From an uncultured Acidobacteriota bacterium (GTDB taxonomy: Bacteria > Acidobacteriota > Vicinamibacteria > Vicinamibacterales > UBA2999), in assembly GCA_963742105.1 (NCBI GenBank), contig CAVUKN010000005.1, positions 1,775,884 through 1,839,883 on the forward strand: a stretch of DNA of 64,000 nucleotides, written 5' to 3'. The position numbers were made by a program, and so were the translations under genes. Positions within the stretch are counted from its first letter, which is position 1. Each line of letters opens with the position of its first letter. Below, one piece after another: positions 10,017 to 19,824 of this stretch. Below the pieces are notes generated by a model that saw only the letters and a list, made by a program, of their open reading frames with translations, had not been told where the DNA came from and did not search any database.

Positions 10017-11368
10017 ATGGCCGCGATTGCCGCCTTCTCGCTCGAAATCCAGATCGCGACCTGGCTGCACATCGGCAACATCCGCTCCGTGCGCCTCATC
10101 AACCTCGCTGCCGCCGCCATCGGCGTGTCGTGGCACGCGTATCGTCGATCGGTCTTCCGCCGGCTCGAGCGCGACAGTGTCGAGACTGAGCAGCCCTTGT
10201 CGCCGCGATCGCCTGACGGGTCACCTGCTTCACGGCCGTTCATTGCTGCACCGGCGGTCACGCTGCCGCCGCTGGCGGCGATTGCCGGGCTGGTGCTGCT
10301 GGTCACGTTGCTGGCGACGATGCGCCCGGTGATGGGAGCAGATCCCGTATCATCTGCAGCGCGTCGATCAGATCACGCGGTCGGGAACTCTGGCCTATGA
10401 CGCCGGCGTCGCGGACGTCAAGGTCAACGCGCTCGCGGGCGTCTACGAACTTCTCCTTGCCGACCTTCGCATTCCAGGTATGAGCTGCGGCGCTGGTGCG
10501 TTTCCACGGCCTGCTCGGCCTCGGGCTGTACCTGCTGTCGATCGCCGCGGTCGCGCCGTGGGCCGGAATCCGCCGGCGCTGGTTTCTGATCACGCTCCTG
10601 GTTGTGCCGGTGGTGTTTCAGCAACTGGTGCTGGTGAAGAACGATCTGTTCGGTGCGTTGCCGGCGTTCGTGGCGCTGGCGTGGGTGGTCACGCGAGGGC
10701 CCGCGCTGTCGCTCGCGGAGTGCACGGCGGCGGCGGCGCTGGCCGGATTTTCGGTCGGCATCAAGATTTCGAGTGCGCCGATCGCGCTGGTCGTCTGTGG
10801 ATTGGTTGCCGCCGACCACCGGAGTTGGACGCGCGTGGCGGCGTCTGTGGCGGCAGCATCGGTCGGCTCGATTGCCGGCGGTCTGCTGTTCACGCTGATC
10901 GAGAACGACCTGGTCTACGGCGCGCCACTTCAGCCCTATCTGTCTCTCGGCAACCGTCACGATTCCATCGGCGACGCCGCGATTGGCCTTGCCCGGTTCG
11001 CCGTATCGCTGGTGGATCTCGGCACCGTCACCCCACGTGTGTGGCCGGGACGCGGCGGGTGGGGAAGCACATTCGGGCTGCCGGTCGTCTGGGCGCTCGC
11101 GGTGCTGGCGCTGCGGTGGCGCGACTGGCAGGCGCGGCGTGCGCTGCTCGCCGCCCTTGCCTGCCTCATCGTGTTTGGTGCGACGTATCCCGATGCCGAC
11201 GTCGCGCACCGGATGGTGATTGCACCGGGACTGCTGCTGATTGTGGTCGCGCTCGGGTGCCTCGACCGGGAGGAGCGATACGCCCGCGGGCTGCGTGCCG
11301 GGTTGATTGCGGTCATCGCGCTGTCGGCCCTGCAGATTGGCCGTAGCGCGTGGTTGTATCTGGGTTGA
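10017..11368 (+). CDS. polytopic integral membrane protein (possibly GT-C-like glycosyltransferase or polymerase); two frameshifts near 10335 and 10480
   Basis: At least 9 hydrophobic segments (e.g. LLGLGLYLLSIAAVAPW, WFLITLLVVPVVFQQLVLV, GALPAFVALAWVV). The middle piece IPYHLQRVDQITRSGTLAYDAGVADVKVNALAGVYELLLADLRIP lies in a third frame. The functional call is weak. Confidence 0.4.
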
Positions 11369-11391
11369 GCGGCGAACGTGGAACGACTCGC

Positions 11392-11675
11392 GGTTCAGGA
11401 GGTGCCGGAGGTGCCGACGGTGCCAGAGGTGCGATTCGGGGGTTCTGAACGTTCAGAACGGGAATCCTGCCGTTCACGGCGGGCGGCGCATGCTCGCCTT
11501 GCGCGCCAGCTGGTTCCCGATGTCGGGTGGTGCGTCGCGGCGCCTGCAGCCGAGCGCCAGGTCGCCGCCTTCTCCACCTCGAACTGAGACGCGCGAACTG
11601 CGAGAACCGAGAGAACCTCGTGCACCCGAGAACCGAACCCGCCAGCACCCCCGGCACCTCCGGCACCCTGTGAAC
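11392..11675. repeat. inverted-repeat element E2 (9-nt unit GGTGCCGNN arms, about 200-nt spacer)
   Basis: Left arm GGTTCAGGAGGTGCCGGAGGTGCCGACGGTGCCAGAGGTGCG (11392-11435). Right arm GCCAGCACCCCCGGCACCTCCGGCACCCTGTGAAC (11641-11675) is its near reverse complement. Internal palindrome GGTTCTGAACGTTCAGAAC. GAACCGA heptads lie at 11600-11640. Confidence 0.75.
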
Positions 11676-12810
11676 GACCCGCCGTTTCCTTCAGGCCCGC
11701 CGCTCTCAGCTCTTTAGGCCCATCCGTGAGAGTACAGGCCACCAGCTCCTCCTCGGTCACGTCGTCGATCGTCATCGTGGCGCCAATCTCGATGGCGATC
11801 ACGAAGTGCAGCCGTCCGTTGACGACCTTCTTGTCCCGGCGGACGGCTTCGAGCACGTCTCCCATCGGAAGATCCAGGACCGGTGGCAAGGGGCCGAGCG
11901 CGGCGATCAGGTGCGCCAGTGCCTCGCGCTCCCGCCCGGCGAGCGCGCCGCGTGCCACAGCCAGATCCGCTGCCGCCAGCATGCCGTAGGCGATCGCTTC
12001 GCCGTGGCGATAGCGCCGGTACTTGGTGACCGCCTCGAGCGCGTGGCCGACGGTGTGCCCGTAATTAAGGATTCGCCGCAGTCCGCTCTCACGCTCGTCC
12101 TTCGACACGACGTCGGCCTTGATACGGCAGGATTCGACGATGGCGGGCACCAGCACGGAGGGGTTGCGATCGAAGACCGCCTTCGTCTGGCTCACCAGCA
12201 GGTCGAACAGCGAGCGGCTCGCGATCATCCCGTATTTCACCACCTCGTAGAGGCCGGACCGGAACTCACGTCGCGGCAGCGTGGCAAGCAGCAGCGGATC
12301 GATGACGACGAGTCGCGGCTGGTGAAAGGCCCCGATCAGGTTCTTGCCGAGCGTGTGGTTCACGCCGACCTTGCCGCCGATGGAGCTGTCCACTTGCGCG
12401 AGCAGCGTCGTCGGCACGTGTACGAGTGTGATCCCGCGCAAGAAGGTCGCTGCGGCGAAACCCGCCGAATCGCCGATCACGCCGCCGCCGATCGCGATGA
12501 GCGCGCTGCCGCGGTCCGCACTAGCCCGGATCAGCGCGTCGTACACCTTCGAGACCGACTGGAGGTTCTTGTAGCGTTCGCCGTCCGGCAGCAGGATTGG
12601 CTCGACTGCGCCAAGCACGCGCTGAAATTGCGCCCCGTGAAGACGCCAGACGTTCTGACTCGATACCACGAATCGCCGCGGCCCGATGCCGTTCAAATCG
12701 AGGAGTGCCGGCAACTGATCGGCGATGCCGTCGCCAATGAGGATCGTCGAAGCGGCTCCGCCCGCCGTGACGTCTACGCGAACTGGATGAGCGGGGTCGA
12801 TGGAGGTCAC
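11395..12810 (-). CDS. aroB: 3-dehydroquinate synthase; the catalytic domain ends near 11715 and the last ~105 codons read through repeat E2
   Basis: A GTG at 12810 is preceded by AGGA. Motifs include LIAIGGGVIGDSAGFAAATFLRGI, QVDSSIGGKVGVN and NYGHTVGHALE. A TAA at 11714-11716 lies one frame off right after ..EELVACTLTDG, so the tail GAGGAGGAGGFGS.. is probably not real. Confidence 0.85.
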   Translation of the reverse strand: MTSIDPAHPVRVDVTAGGAASTILIGDGIADQLPALLDLNGIGPRRFVVSSQNVWRLHGAQFQRVLGAVEPILLPDGERYKNLQSVSKVYDALIRASADRGSALIAIGGGVIGDSAGFAAATFLRGITLVHVPTTLLAQVDSSIGGKVGVNHTLGKNLIGAFHQPRLVVIDPLLLATLPRREFRSGLYEVVKYGMIASRSLFDLLVSQTKAVFDRNPSVLVPAIVESCRIKADVVSKDERESGLRRILNYGHTVGHALEAVTKYRRYRHGEAIAYGMLAAADLAVARGALAGREREALAHLIAALGPLPPVLDLPMGDVLEAVRRDKKVVNGRLHFVIAIEIGATMTIDDVTEEELVACTLTDGPKELRAAGLKETAGRSQGAGGAGGAGGFGSRVHEVLSVLAVRASQFEVEKAATWRSAAGAATHHPTSGTSWRARRACAARRERQDSRSERSEPPNRTSGTVGTSGTS

Positions 12811-12906
12811 GCTGGGCGTCCTGAAAAGAATCCAACTTCCAAGTCCCTCGGACGCTGGAGGTCGAGAGTTTGACCATTGTGCATTGCACGTTGATAGGAT
12901 TACAAC

Positions 12907-14461
12907 GTGCACATCGGCGGCGATTTCCTGGTGATCGGCAGTGGCATCGCCGGTCTGCGTGCCGCCATTTCGCTCGCCGACCGCGGCAACGTGGTCATCC
13001 TCACCAAGGCTGATCCCCGCGAAAGCAACACAGGCTACGCGCAGGGCGGCATCGCCGCTGCCGTCGGCCCGGACGACTCGCCTCAATTGCATGCGCAGGA
13101 CACGCTTGCCGCGGGCGATGGCCTTTGCGTCGCGCCGGCCGTCGAGGTGCTCGTGCACGACGGACCTCGGTACGTCCGCGAACTGCTCGACTGGGGCGCG
13201 TTCGATCGCGATGAACGTGGACAACCGGCGCTCGGACGTGAGGCCGCCCACACGGTCAGGCGCGTGCTGCATGCCCGTGATGCCACCGGCCGCCATATCG
13301 GGCAGGTGCTGTGGGAACGGGTGGCGGCGCGTTCGGGCGTGACGGTGCGCAGCGACGCCGCGGCCCTCTCGCTCGTGATGCAGGACGGCGCCTGCGCTGG
13401 TGCACGATTCCTCGATCGACGCGGTCACGTGCACGACGTGATTGCGCCACGCACACTGATTGCGACAGGTGGCGCCGGGCAGGTATTCCGCGAGACGACC
13501 AACCCGGCGATCGCCACCGGTGACGGAATCGCGATGGCGTACGAAGCCGGCGCTCAGGTCACGGATCTCGAGTTCATCCAGTTTCATCCGACGGCGTTGA
13601 GCGTCCCCGGCGCTCCCCGGTTCCTGCTGTCGGAGGCGCTTCGCGGCGAGGGCGCGCATCTCGTCAACACACAGGGTGAACGCTTCATGACGCGCTACGA
13701 AGAGGCGGGGGAGCTGGCGTCGCGCGACCTGGTGTCGCGCGCCATCGTCAAGGAAGCATTCCGTACTGGCGGGCCGATCTTCCTGACCATGGCGCATCTC
13801 GACCACGCATATGTCCGCAGCCGGTTTCCTACCATCGCGGCAGTCGTGCAAGAGGCCGGTCTCGATCTCGCCACCGATCGCAGTACCGGTCAGTCCGGCG
13901 GCGCATTACAGCATGGGCGGAATCGAGACCGACCTCGACGGCCGGACGTCGATTCCGGGTCTGTTTGCGGCCGGCGAGGCGGCGTGTACCGGAGTGCACG
14001 GCGCCAACCGCCTGGCCAGCAACTCGTTGCTCGAGGGGCTAGTGTTCGGCGCCCGCTCGGCGACGGCGATGGCAGCCGCCATCGAACCAGCCCGCCTGTT
14101 TGCGGAGCTTGCCCCCTTGTGCGCAGCCGATCGGGCGCCCTCTGGCGACCTGCGTGCGCCGGCGCCCGGTGACGTTCGTGATCTCATGTGGCAGCACGTC
14201 GGTCTGGTCCGGACGCGCGACGGATTGGTCGAGGCGAACACAAAGCTGTCCGTCTGGCGGGATGCAACCAGAACCGCTCTGACCGCCAATCCCGGAGACG
14301 ATGGGCTTCGGCGCGTCGCGAGCCTGGTCGCGGTCGGCCATCTCATCGCGCGGGCGGCGCTGCGGCGGGAGGAGAGCCGGGGCGGCCACTTCCGCGCCGA
14401 CTTCCCGAAACGCGACGATATACACTGGAAACGGCACATCGCCGACGCGCTTCGCGCTTAG
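12907..14461 (+). CDS. nadB: L-aspartate oxidase; one frameshift near 13880
   Basis: FAD motif DFLVIGSGIAGLRAA. Also YAQGGIAAA, LEFIQFHPTAL, RFLLSEALRGEGA, then (next frame) VPVSPAAHYSMGGIETD..GLFAAGEAACTGVHGANRLASNSLLEGLVFG. Confidence 0.9.
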
Positions 14462-16393
<1,932 letters not shown>

Positions 16394-16410
16394 GAGAGCG
16401 CGTCTTCGGA

Positions 16411-16511
16411 AAACTCCCAACACACGCACTCGACCAACTCCCAACTCCCAATCGGACCCGACCAGCCTTTTGGGAGTTGGGTGAGCGTGAGACCTTGGGA
16501 GTTGGGAGTTG
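16411..16511. repeat. heptad-array hairpin E3 (CTCCCAA/TTGGGAG flavour)
   Basis: AAACTCCCAAC..CCAACTCCCAACTCCCAAT ..loop.. TTGGGAGTTGGG..CCTTGGGAGTTGGGAGTTG. It fills the convergent junction between the lipoprotein gene and tatC. Confidence 0.85.
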
Positions 16512-16517
16512 TCGAAT

Positions 16518-17345
16518 TCAGCTTGCCAGATCGGGTTCGCGCTTCTTGCCGAAGAGCCACGCCAGGCCGATGCTGACGATGTAGAGCAGGATCACCGGGC
16601 CGCCCATCGCAAACATGCCGACGCCGCCGCCATCTGGCGACAGCACGGCCGCGGCGATGGTAATCAGCAGAATCGCGAACTTGAAGTTCTTGATCATGAA
16701 CCGCGGCGTGATCATCCCCATCCGGGCCAGGAACAGCACGATCGTCGGCAGTTCGAACGTGATGCCCATCGCCAGCACCAGTCGCAAGTACATCGAGAAG
16801 GCCGGCTCGATGCGCGGCGCGAAGTCAAGGTACTCGTTCTGGTAACTGACGAAGAACTTCCAGACGATTGGGAACACGATGTAGTGCCCGAACACGGCGC
16901 CGGTCACGAACAGGATGGTCGACATCAGAATGAACGGGATGGCGAGCTTCTTTTCGTGCGCGTAGAGCCCGGGGGCGATGAAGAGCCACACCTGCGAGAA
17001 CACGACGGGCGAGGCGAGCAGCAGGCCGGCCATCAGGCCGATCCAGATGTTCAGCATGAACGCTTCGGTCGGTTCGATGAAGATCAGCTTCTGGCCGGGC
17101 TGCAGCATCTGCTTCATCGGCAGCATGATGAAGCGGAAGATGTTGTCGATGTACGCGAAGGCGACGGCAAAGCCGACCCCAACCGCGAGGAGTGAGTAGA
17201 TGATCCGCCGGCGGAGCTCGTCGAGATGCTCCAGGAACGACATCTTCCCCGCTTCAGCGGTGGATTCGCTGTCGTCGTCGTCCCAATCGGGATCGTCGTC
17301 CGGAGCCGGCTTCTGCGACTGGCTCGGGAAAGGCACCAGGGCCAT
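16518..17345 (-). CDS. tatC: twin-arginine translocase subunit TatC
   Basis: MSFLEHLDELRRRIIYSLLAV.., six TM segments and FELPTIVLFLARMGMITP, typical of TatC. The gene is intact. Confidence 0.9.
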   Translation of the reverse strand: MALVPFPSQSQKPAPDDDPDWDDDDSESTAEAGKMSFLEHLDELRRRIIYSLLAVGVGFAVAFAYIDNIFRFIMLPMKQMLQPGQKLIFIEPTEAFMLNIWIGLMAGLLLASPVVFSQVWLFIAPGLYAHEKKLAIPFILMSTILFVTGAVFGHYIVFPIVWKFFVSYQNEYLDFAPRIEPAFSMYLRLVLAMGITFELPTIVLFLARMGMITPRFMIKNFKFAILLITIAAAVLSPDGGGVGMFAMGGPVILLYIVSIGLAWLFGKKREPDLAS

Positions 17346-17351
17346 AAGGAC

Positions 17352-17678
17352 CTATGCGGGGGTGCCGGTGCCGGTGTTGCGGGTGACCGTCTCGGATGCG
17401 GCCGCGCGCGCCGCGTAGTCCGCGTCAGAACCGGGAACCGGAACAGCCGGGCTCACCACCGGCTTGTGTTCCGGTTCGGCTTTCACCTGGTGCTCCTTTC
17501 GCTCCTCCACGCGGATCTCTTCCTCGAGTGTGCTGCGCAGTTCGTTGGAGGCCTTCTTGAACTCGTTAATGCTCCGTCCAAGCGATCTGCCGAGTTCGGG
17601 CAGCTTTCGCGGCCCGAAGATGATGAGCGCGACCACCAGAATGATGATCATTTCGGGCATGCCAATCGATCCAAACAT
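17352..17678 (-). CDS. tatA: twin-arginine translocase subunit TatA/E
   Basis: ATG 17678 gives MFGSIGMPEMIIILVVALIIFGPRKLPELGRSLGRSINEFKKA (a TatA hallmark). It lies immediately upstream of tatC. Confidence 0.85.
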   Translation of the reverse strand: MFGSIGMPEMIIILVVALIIFGPRKLPELGRSLGRSINEFKKASNELRSTLEEEIRVEERKEHQVKAEPEHKPVVSPAVPVPGSDADYAARAAASETVTRNTGTGTPA

Positions 17679-17717
17679 ACTCAGCCTTCTGGGAAATTCC
17701 CGTAAGTGGTTCAAAAG

Positions 17718-17747
17718 ATTATAGAAATGCGGTCTGGACGGGGTCAA
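17718..17747 (-). promoter_or_regulatory. sigma-70-type promoter candidate for tatAC
   Basis: The minus strand reads TTGACC-N18-TATAAT (plus-strand ggtcaa 17742-17747 and attata 17718-17723). It sits about 40 nt upstream of the tatA ATG. Confidence 0.55.
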
Positions 17748-17770
17748 GGTGACAGTGTAAATTCAGTTTC

Positions 17771-19396
17771 ATGCGCAGGTACCCCTCTCTGTCGGCCGCC
17801 GTCTTCGTCATCGTCGTCTGTGCGGTGGTTGGAGGTTTCTTCGGTCGCAGCGCGCTTGTCGCGCAGGACCGGGTTCCGGACCAATACAAGGTCTTCACCG
17901 CGGCGCTGGCGGCGGTTGAAAGCGAGTACTCCGGCCAGGCCGATTCGGACCGGCTGGTCTACGGCGCGATTTCCGGCATGCTGCAGACGCTGGACCCGCA
18001 TTCGAGCTTCTTCGATCCCAAGTCGTACGCCCAGATGCGGGAGCGTCAGGAAGGGCGGTACTACGGTCTCGGGATCTCGATCAGCGTGATCGGCGACGAC
18101 ATTACCGTCGCCAACGTATTCGAAGCGTCGCCGGCCTATCAGAAGGGCATTCGCCGCGGTGACGTCATCGCCAGGATTGAAGGCGAAGACACGAAGGGCT
18201 GGACCAGCGAGAAGGCCGTCTCGAAACTGCGCGGTCAGAAGGGGACCTTCGTCAACGTCGGCATGAAGCGCAGCGGCTACGACAAGCTGATCGATCTGCA
18301 GGTGATGCGGGACGAGATCCACATCCCGACCGTACCCTCCGCCTTCATGCTCGACTCGACCACCGGCTACATCAAGCTGCGTGAGTTCGGCGAGAACACC
18401 GACGCGGAACTCGGGAAGGCACTGAAGGACCTGTCCGCGAAGGGGATGAAACGCGTGGTGTTCGACCTGCGCGCCAATCCCGGCGGCGCTCTCGATCAGG
18501 CCATCAAGGTCGCGAATCGGTTCCTGCCGCGTGGCGACATGATCGTCTACACGCGCGGCCGCGTGCAGAACTCCGACCAGGATTACCGGGCGACCGAACA
18601 GAGCGACTACCTGAACCTCCCGATGATCACGCTGGTCAACCGGAGCAGCGCCAGCGCATCGGAAATCGTCTCCGGTGCACTGCAGGATCACGATCGCTCG
18701 CTCGTAGTGGGTGAAACCACTTTCGGCAAGGCGCTGGTGCAGTCGGTCTACCGTGTGAGCGGCGGCGCCGGTGCGGCGATTACCACCGCCCGTTACTACA
18801 CGCCGAGCGGCCGGCTGATTCAGCGTCCGTGGGACGGCAGCTTCGACGAATACCTCTCCTACACCGCACGGGAGCAGGACGCGAACAAGGTCCACAAGCC
18901 CGACGAGCTCAAGTACACGGACAGCGGCCGCAAGGTGTACAGCGGCGGCGGCGTCGAGCCCGACCGGCGATTCGATGGACCACTCGAAGGTTTCAACCCC
19001 ACGAAACAGGGCCGCCTGTTGTACGTGCGCACGCTGTTCGACAACTACGCCCAGCGCTTCCGTCGCCAGGGAGACTCCCGGATCGCACCGAGCGCCGGGT
19101 CGACGCCGCGCGAGCTCGCCGCGGACTTCGATGTGACCGACGCGATGGTCGCCGAGTTCAAGCAGATGGTGAAGGACCAGCGCATCCCGATCGACGAGGC
19201 GCTGTGGCAGAAGGACCTGGAGTTCATCAAGGCGATGATCCACAAGGAGATCGACGTGGATCTGTTCGGCGAAGCCGCCGCGTTCAAGGGGCTGACGAAG
19301 CGTGACCCGCAGCTGCAGTTTGCCGTCGGCCTCTTCCCCGAGGCGCAGACGCTGCTCGACCTGCGGAAGCAACGGCCGACGCGCGCGTCGCGCTGA
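17771..19396 (+). CDS. S41 family C-terminal processing peptidase
   Basis: Signal/TM, then a PDZ region (YYGLGISISVIGDDITVANVFEASPAYQKGIRRGDVIARIEG) and the catalytic region (FDLRANPGGAL, VNRSSASASEIVSGALQDHDRSLVVGETTFGKALVQ). Intact. Confidence 0.85.
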   Translation: MRRYPSLSAAVFVIVVCAVVGGFFGRSALVAQDRVPDQYKVFTAALAAVESEYSGQADSDRLVYGAISGMLQTLDPHSSFFDPKSYAQMRERQEGRYYGLGISISVIGDDITVANVFEASPAYQKGIRRGDVIARIEGEDTKGWTSEKAVSKLRGQKGTFVNVGMKRSGYDKLIDLQVMRDEIHIPTVPSAFMLDSTTGYIKLREFGENTDAELGKALKDLSAKGMKRVVFDLRANPGGALDQAIKVANRFLPRGDMIVYTRGRVQNSDQDYRATEQSDYLNLPMITLVNRSSASASEIVSGALQDHDRSLVVGETTFGKALVQSVYRVSGGAGAAITTARYYTPSGRLIQRPWDGSFDEYLSYTAREQDANKVHKPDELKYTDSGRKVYSGGGVEPDRRFDGPLEGFNPTKQGRLLYVRTLFDNYAQRFRRQGDSRIAPSAGSTPRELAADFDVTDAMVAEFKQMVKDQRIPIDEALWQKDLEFIKAMIHKEIDVDLFGEAAAFKGLTKRDPQLQFAVGLFPEAQTLLDLRKQRPTRASR

Positions 19397-19400
19397 CAAG

Positions 19401-19485
19401 GAAACTCCCAACGGCTGCCGGTGGACCAACTCCCAAATCCCAAACAAGTTGGGAGTTGGACCAGGGTCAATTGGGAGTTGGAAGT
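19401..19485. repeat. heptad-array hairpin E4 (CTCCCAA/TTGGGAG flavour)
   Basis: GAAACTCCCAAC..CCAACTCCCAAATCCCAAACAAGTTGGGAGTTGG..AATTGGGAGTTGGAAG, directly 3' of the S41 peptidase stop. A small related hairpin TTGGGTCCCCAACCCAA follows at about 19519-19535. Confidence 0.8.
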
Positions 19486-19558
19486 TAACGAGAGCACAGT
19501 CATTCCACACCCCGCCCTTTGGGTCCCCAACCCAAAATATTGTGGTGTGACTTGGGTC

Positions 19559-19587
19559 TTGCCACTATGGCTAGGCCCTGCTAGACT
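19559..19587 (+). promoter_or_regulatory. sigma-70-type promoter candidate
   Basis: TTGCCA (19559-19564), 17-nt spacer, TAGACT (19582-19587), in a locally AT-richer patch 240 nt upstream of smc. Confidence 0.45.
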
Positions 19588-19593
19588 GCCAAC

Positions 19594-19815
19594 CGTTTGA
19601 ACGGCTGAGGACCTGCCGTTGGCTGAGTGCCTGAACCGGAGAGTGCCGGAGGCGTTCGCGAAAGCAGGCCGAACATGTGCCAGCGTGTGGCAGCCGGGCA
19701 GGCACCGACCGTACAACCAAACGATTTCCGGGTTCCATCCCGCGGACCTGACACGTCCGCTCACGAAACCGCCCGGTCTGGTCGTGGTCGGCGTGTGTCT
19801 CCCGTACGAACCAGG
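19594..19815 (+). ncRNA. candidate structured RNA or long structured smc leader (unidentified)
   Basis: No credible ORF. GUGCCUG..CCGG (19627-19639) pairs with CCGG.CAGGCAC (19694-19705) and encloses two hairpins (GUUCGC-GAAA-GC..GAAC and GCCA-GCGUG-UGGC). A perfect hairpin GCGGAC-N7-GUCCGC lies at 19742-19760. Confidence 0.25.
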
Positions 19816-19824
19816 GGATAAGGA

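Noticed and set aside
12811-13851. The N-terminal 340 residues of the 818-aa ORF 11395..13851, an apparent long extension of aroB.
   Set aside because: This part is antisense to the well-supported nadB coding sequence, is Arg/Ala/His-rich with no motifs, and precedes a good GTG+RBS start at 12810. It is a GC-driven shadow frame.
19594-19815. Identification of the structured region as SRP (4.5S) RNA, 6S RNA or RNase P RNA.
   Set aside because: There is some resemblance to the 3' strand of 4.5S RNA. However, the invariant helix-8 features are absent: a GNRA loop closed by 3 bp and followed by the AGCA symmetric-loop motif (GGAAGCAGC). There is no GGAAAGUCC-type RNase P motif and no 5'/3' closing stem typical of 6S. 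It is left as an unidentified candidate.
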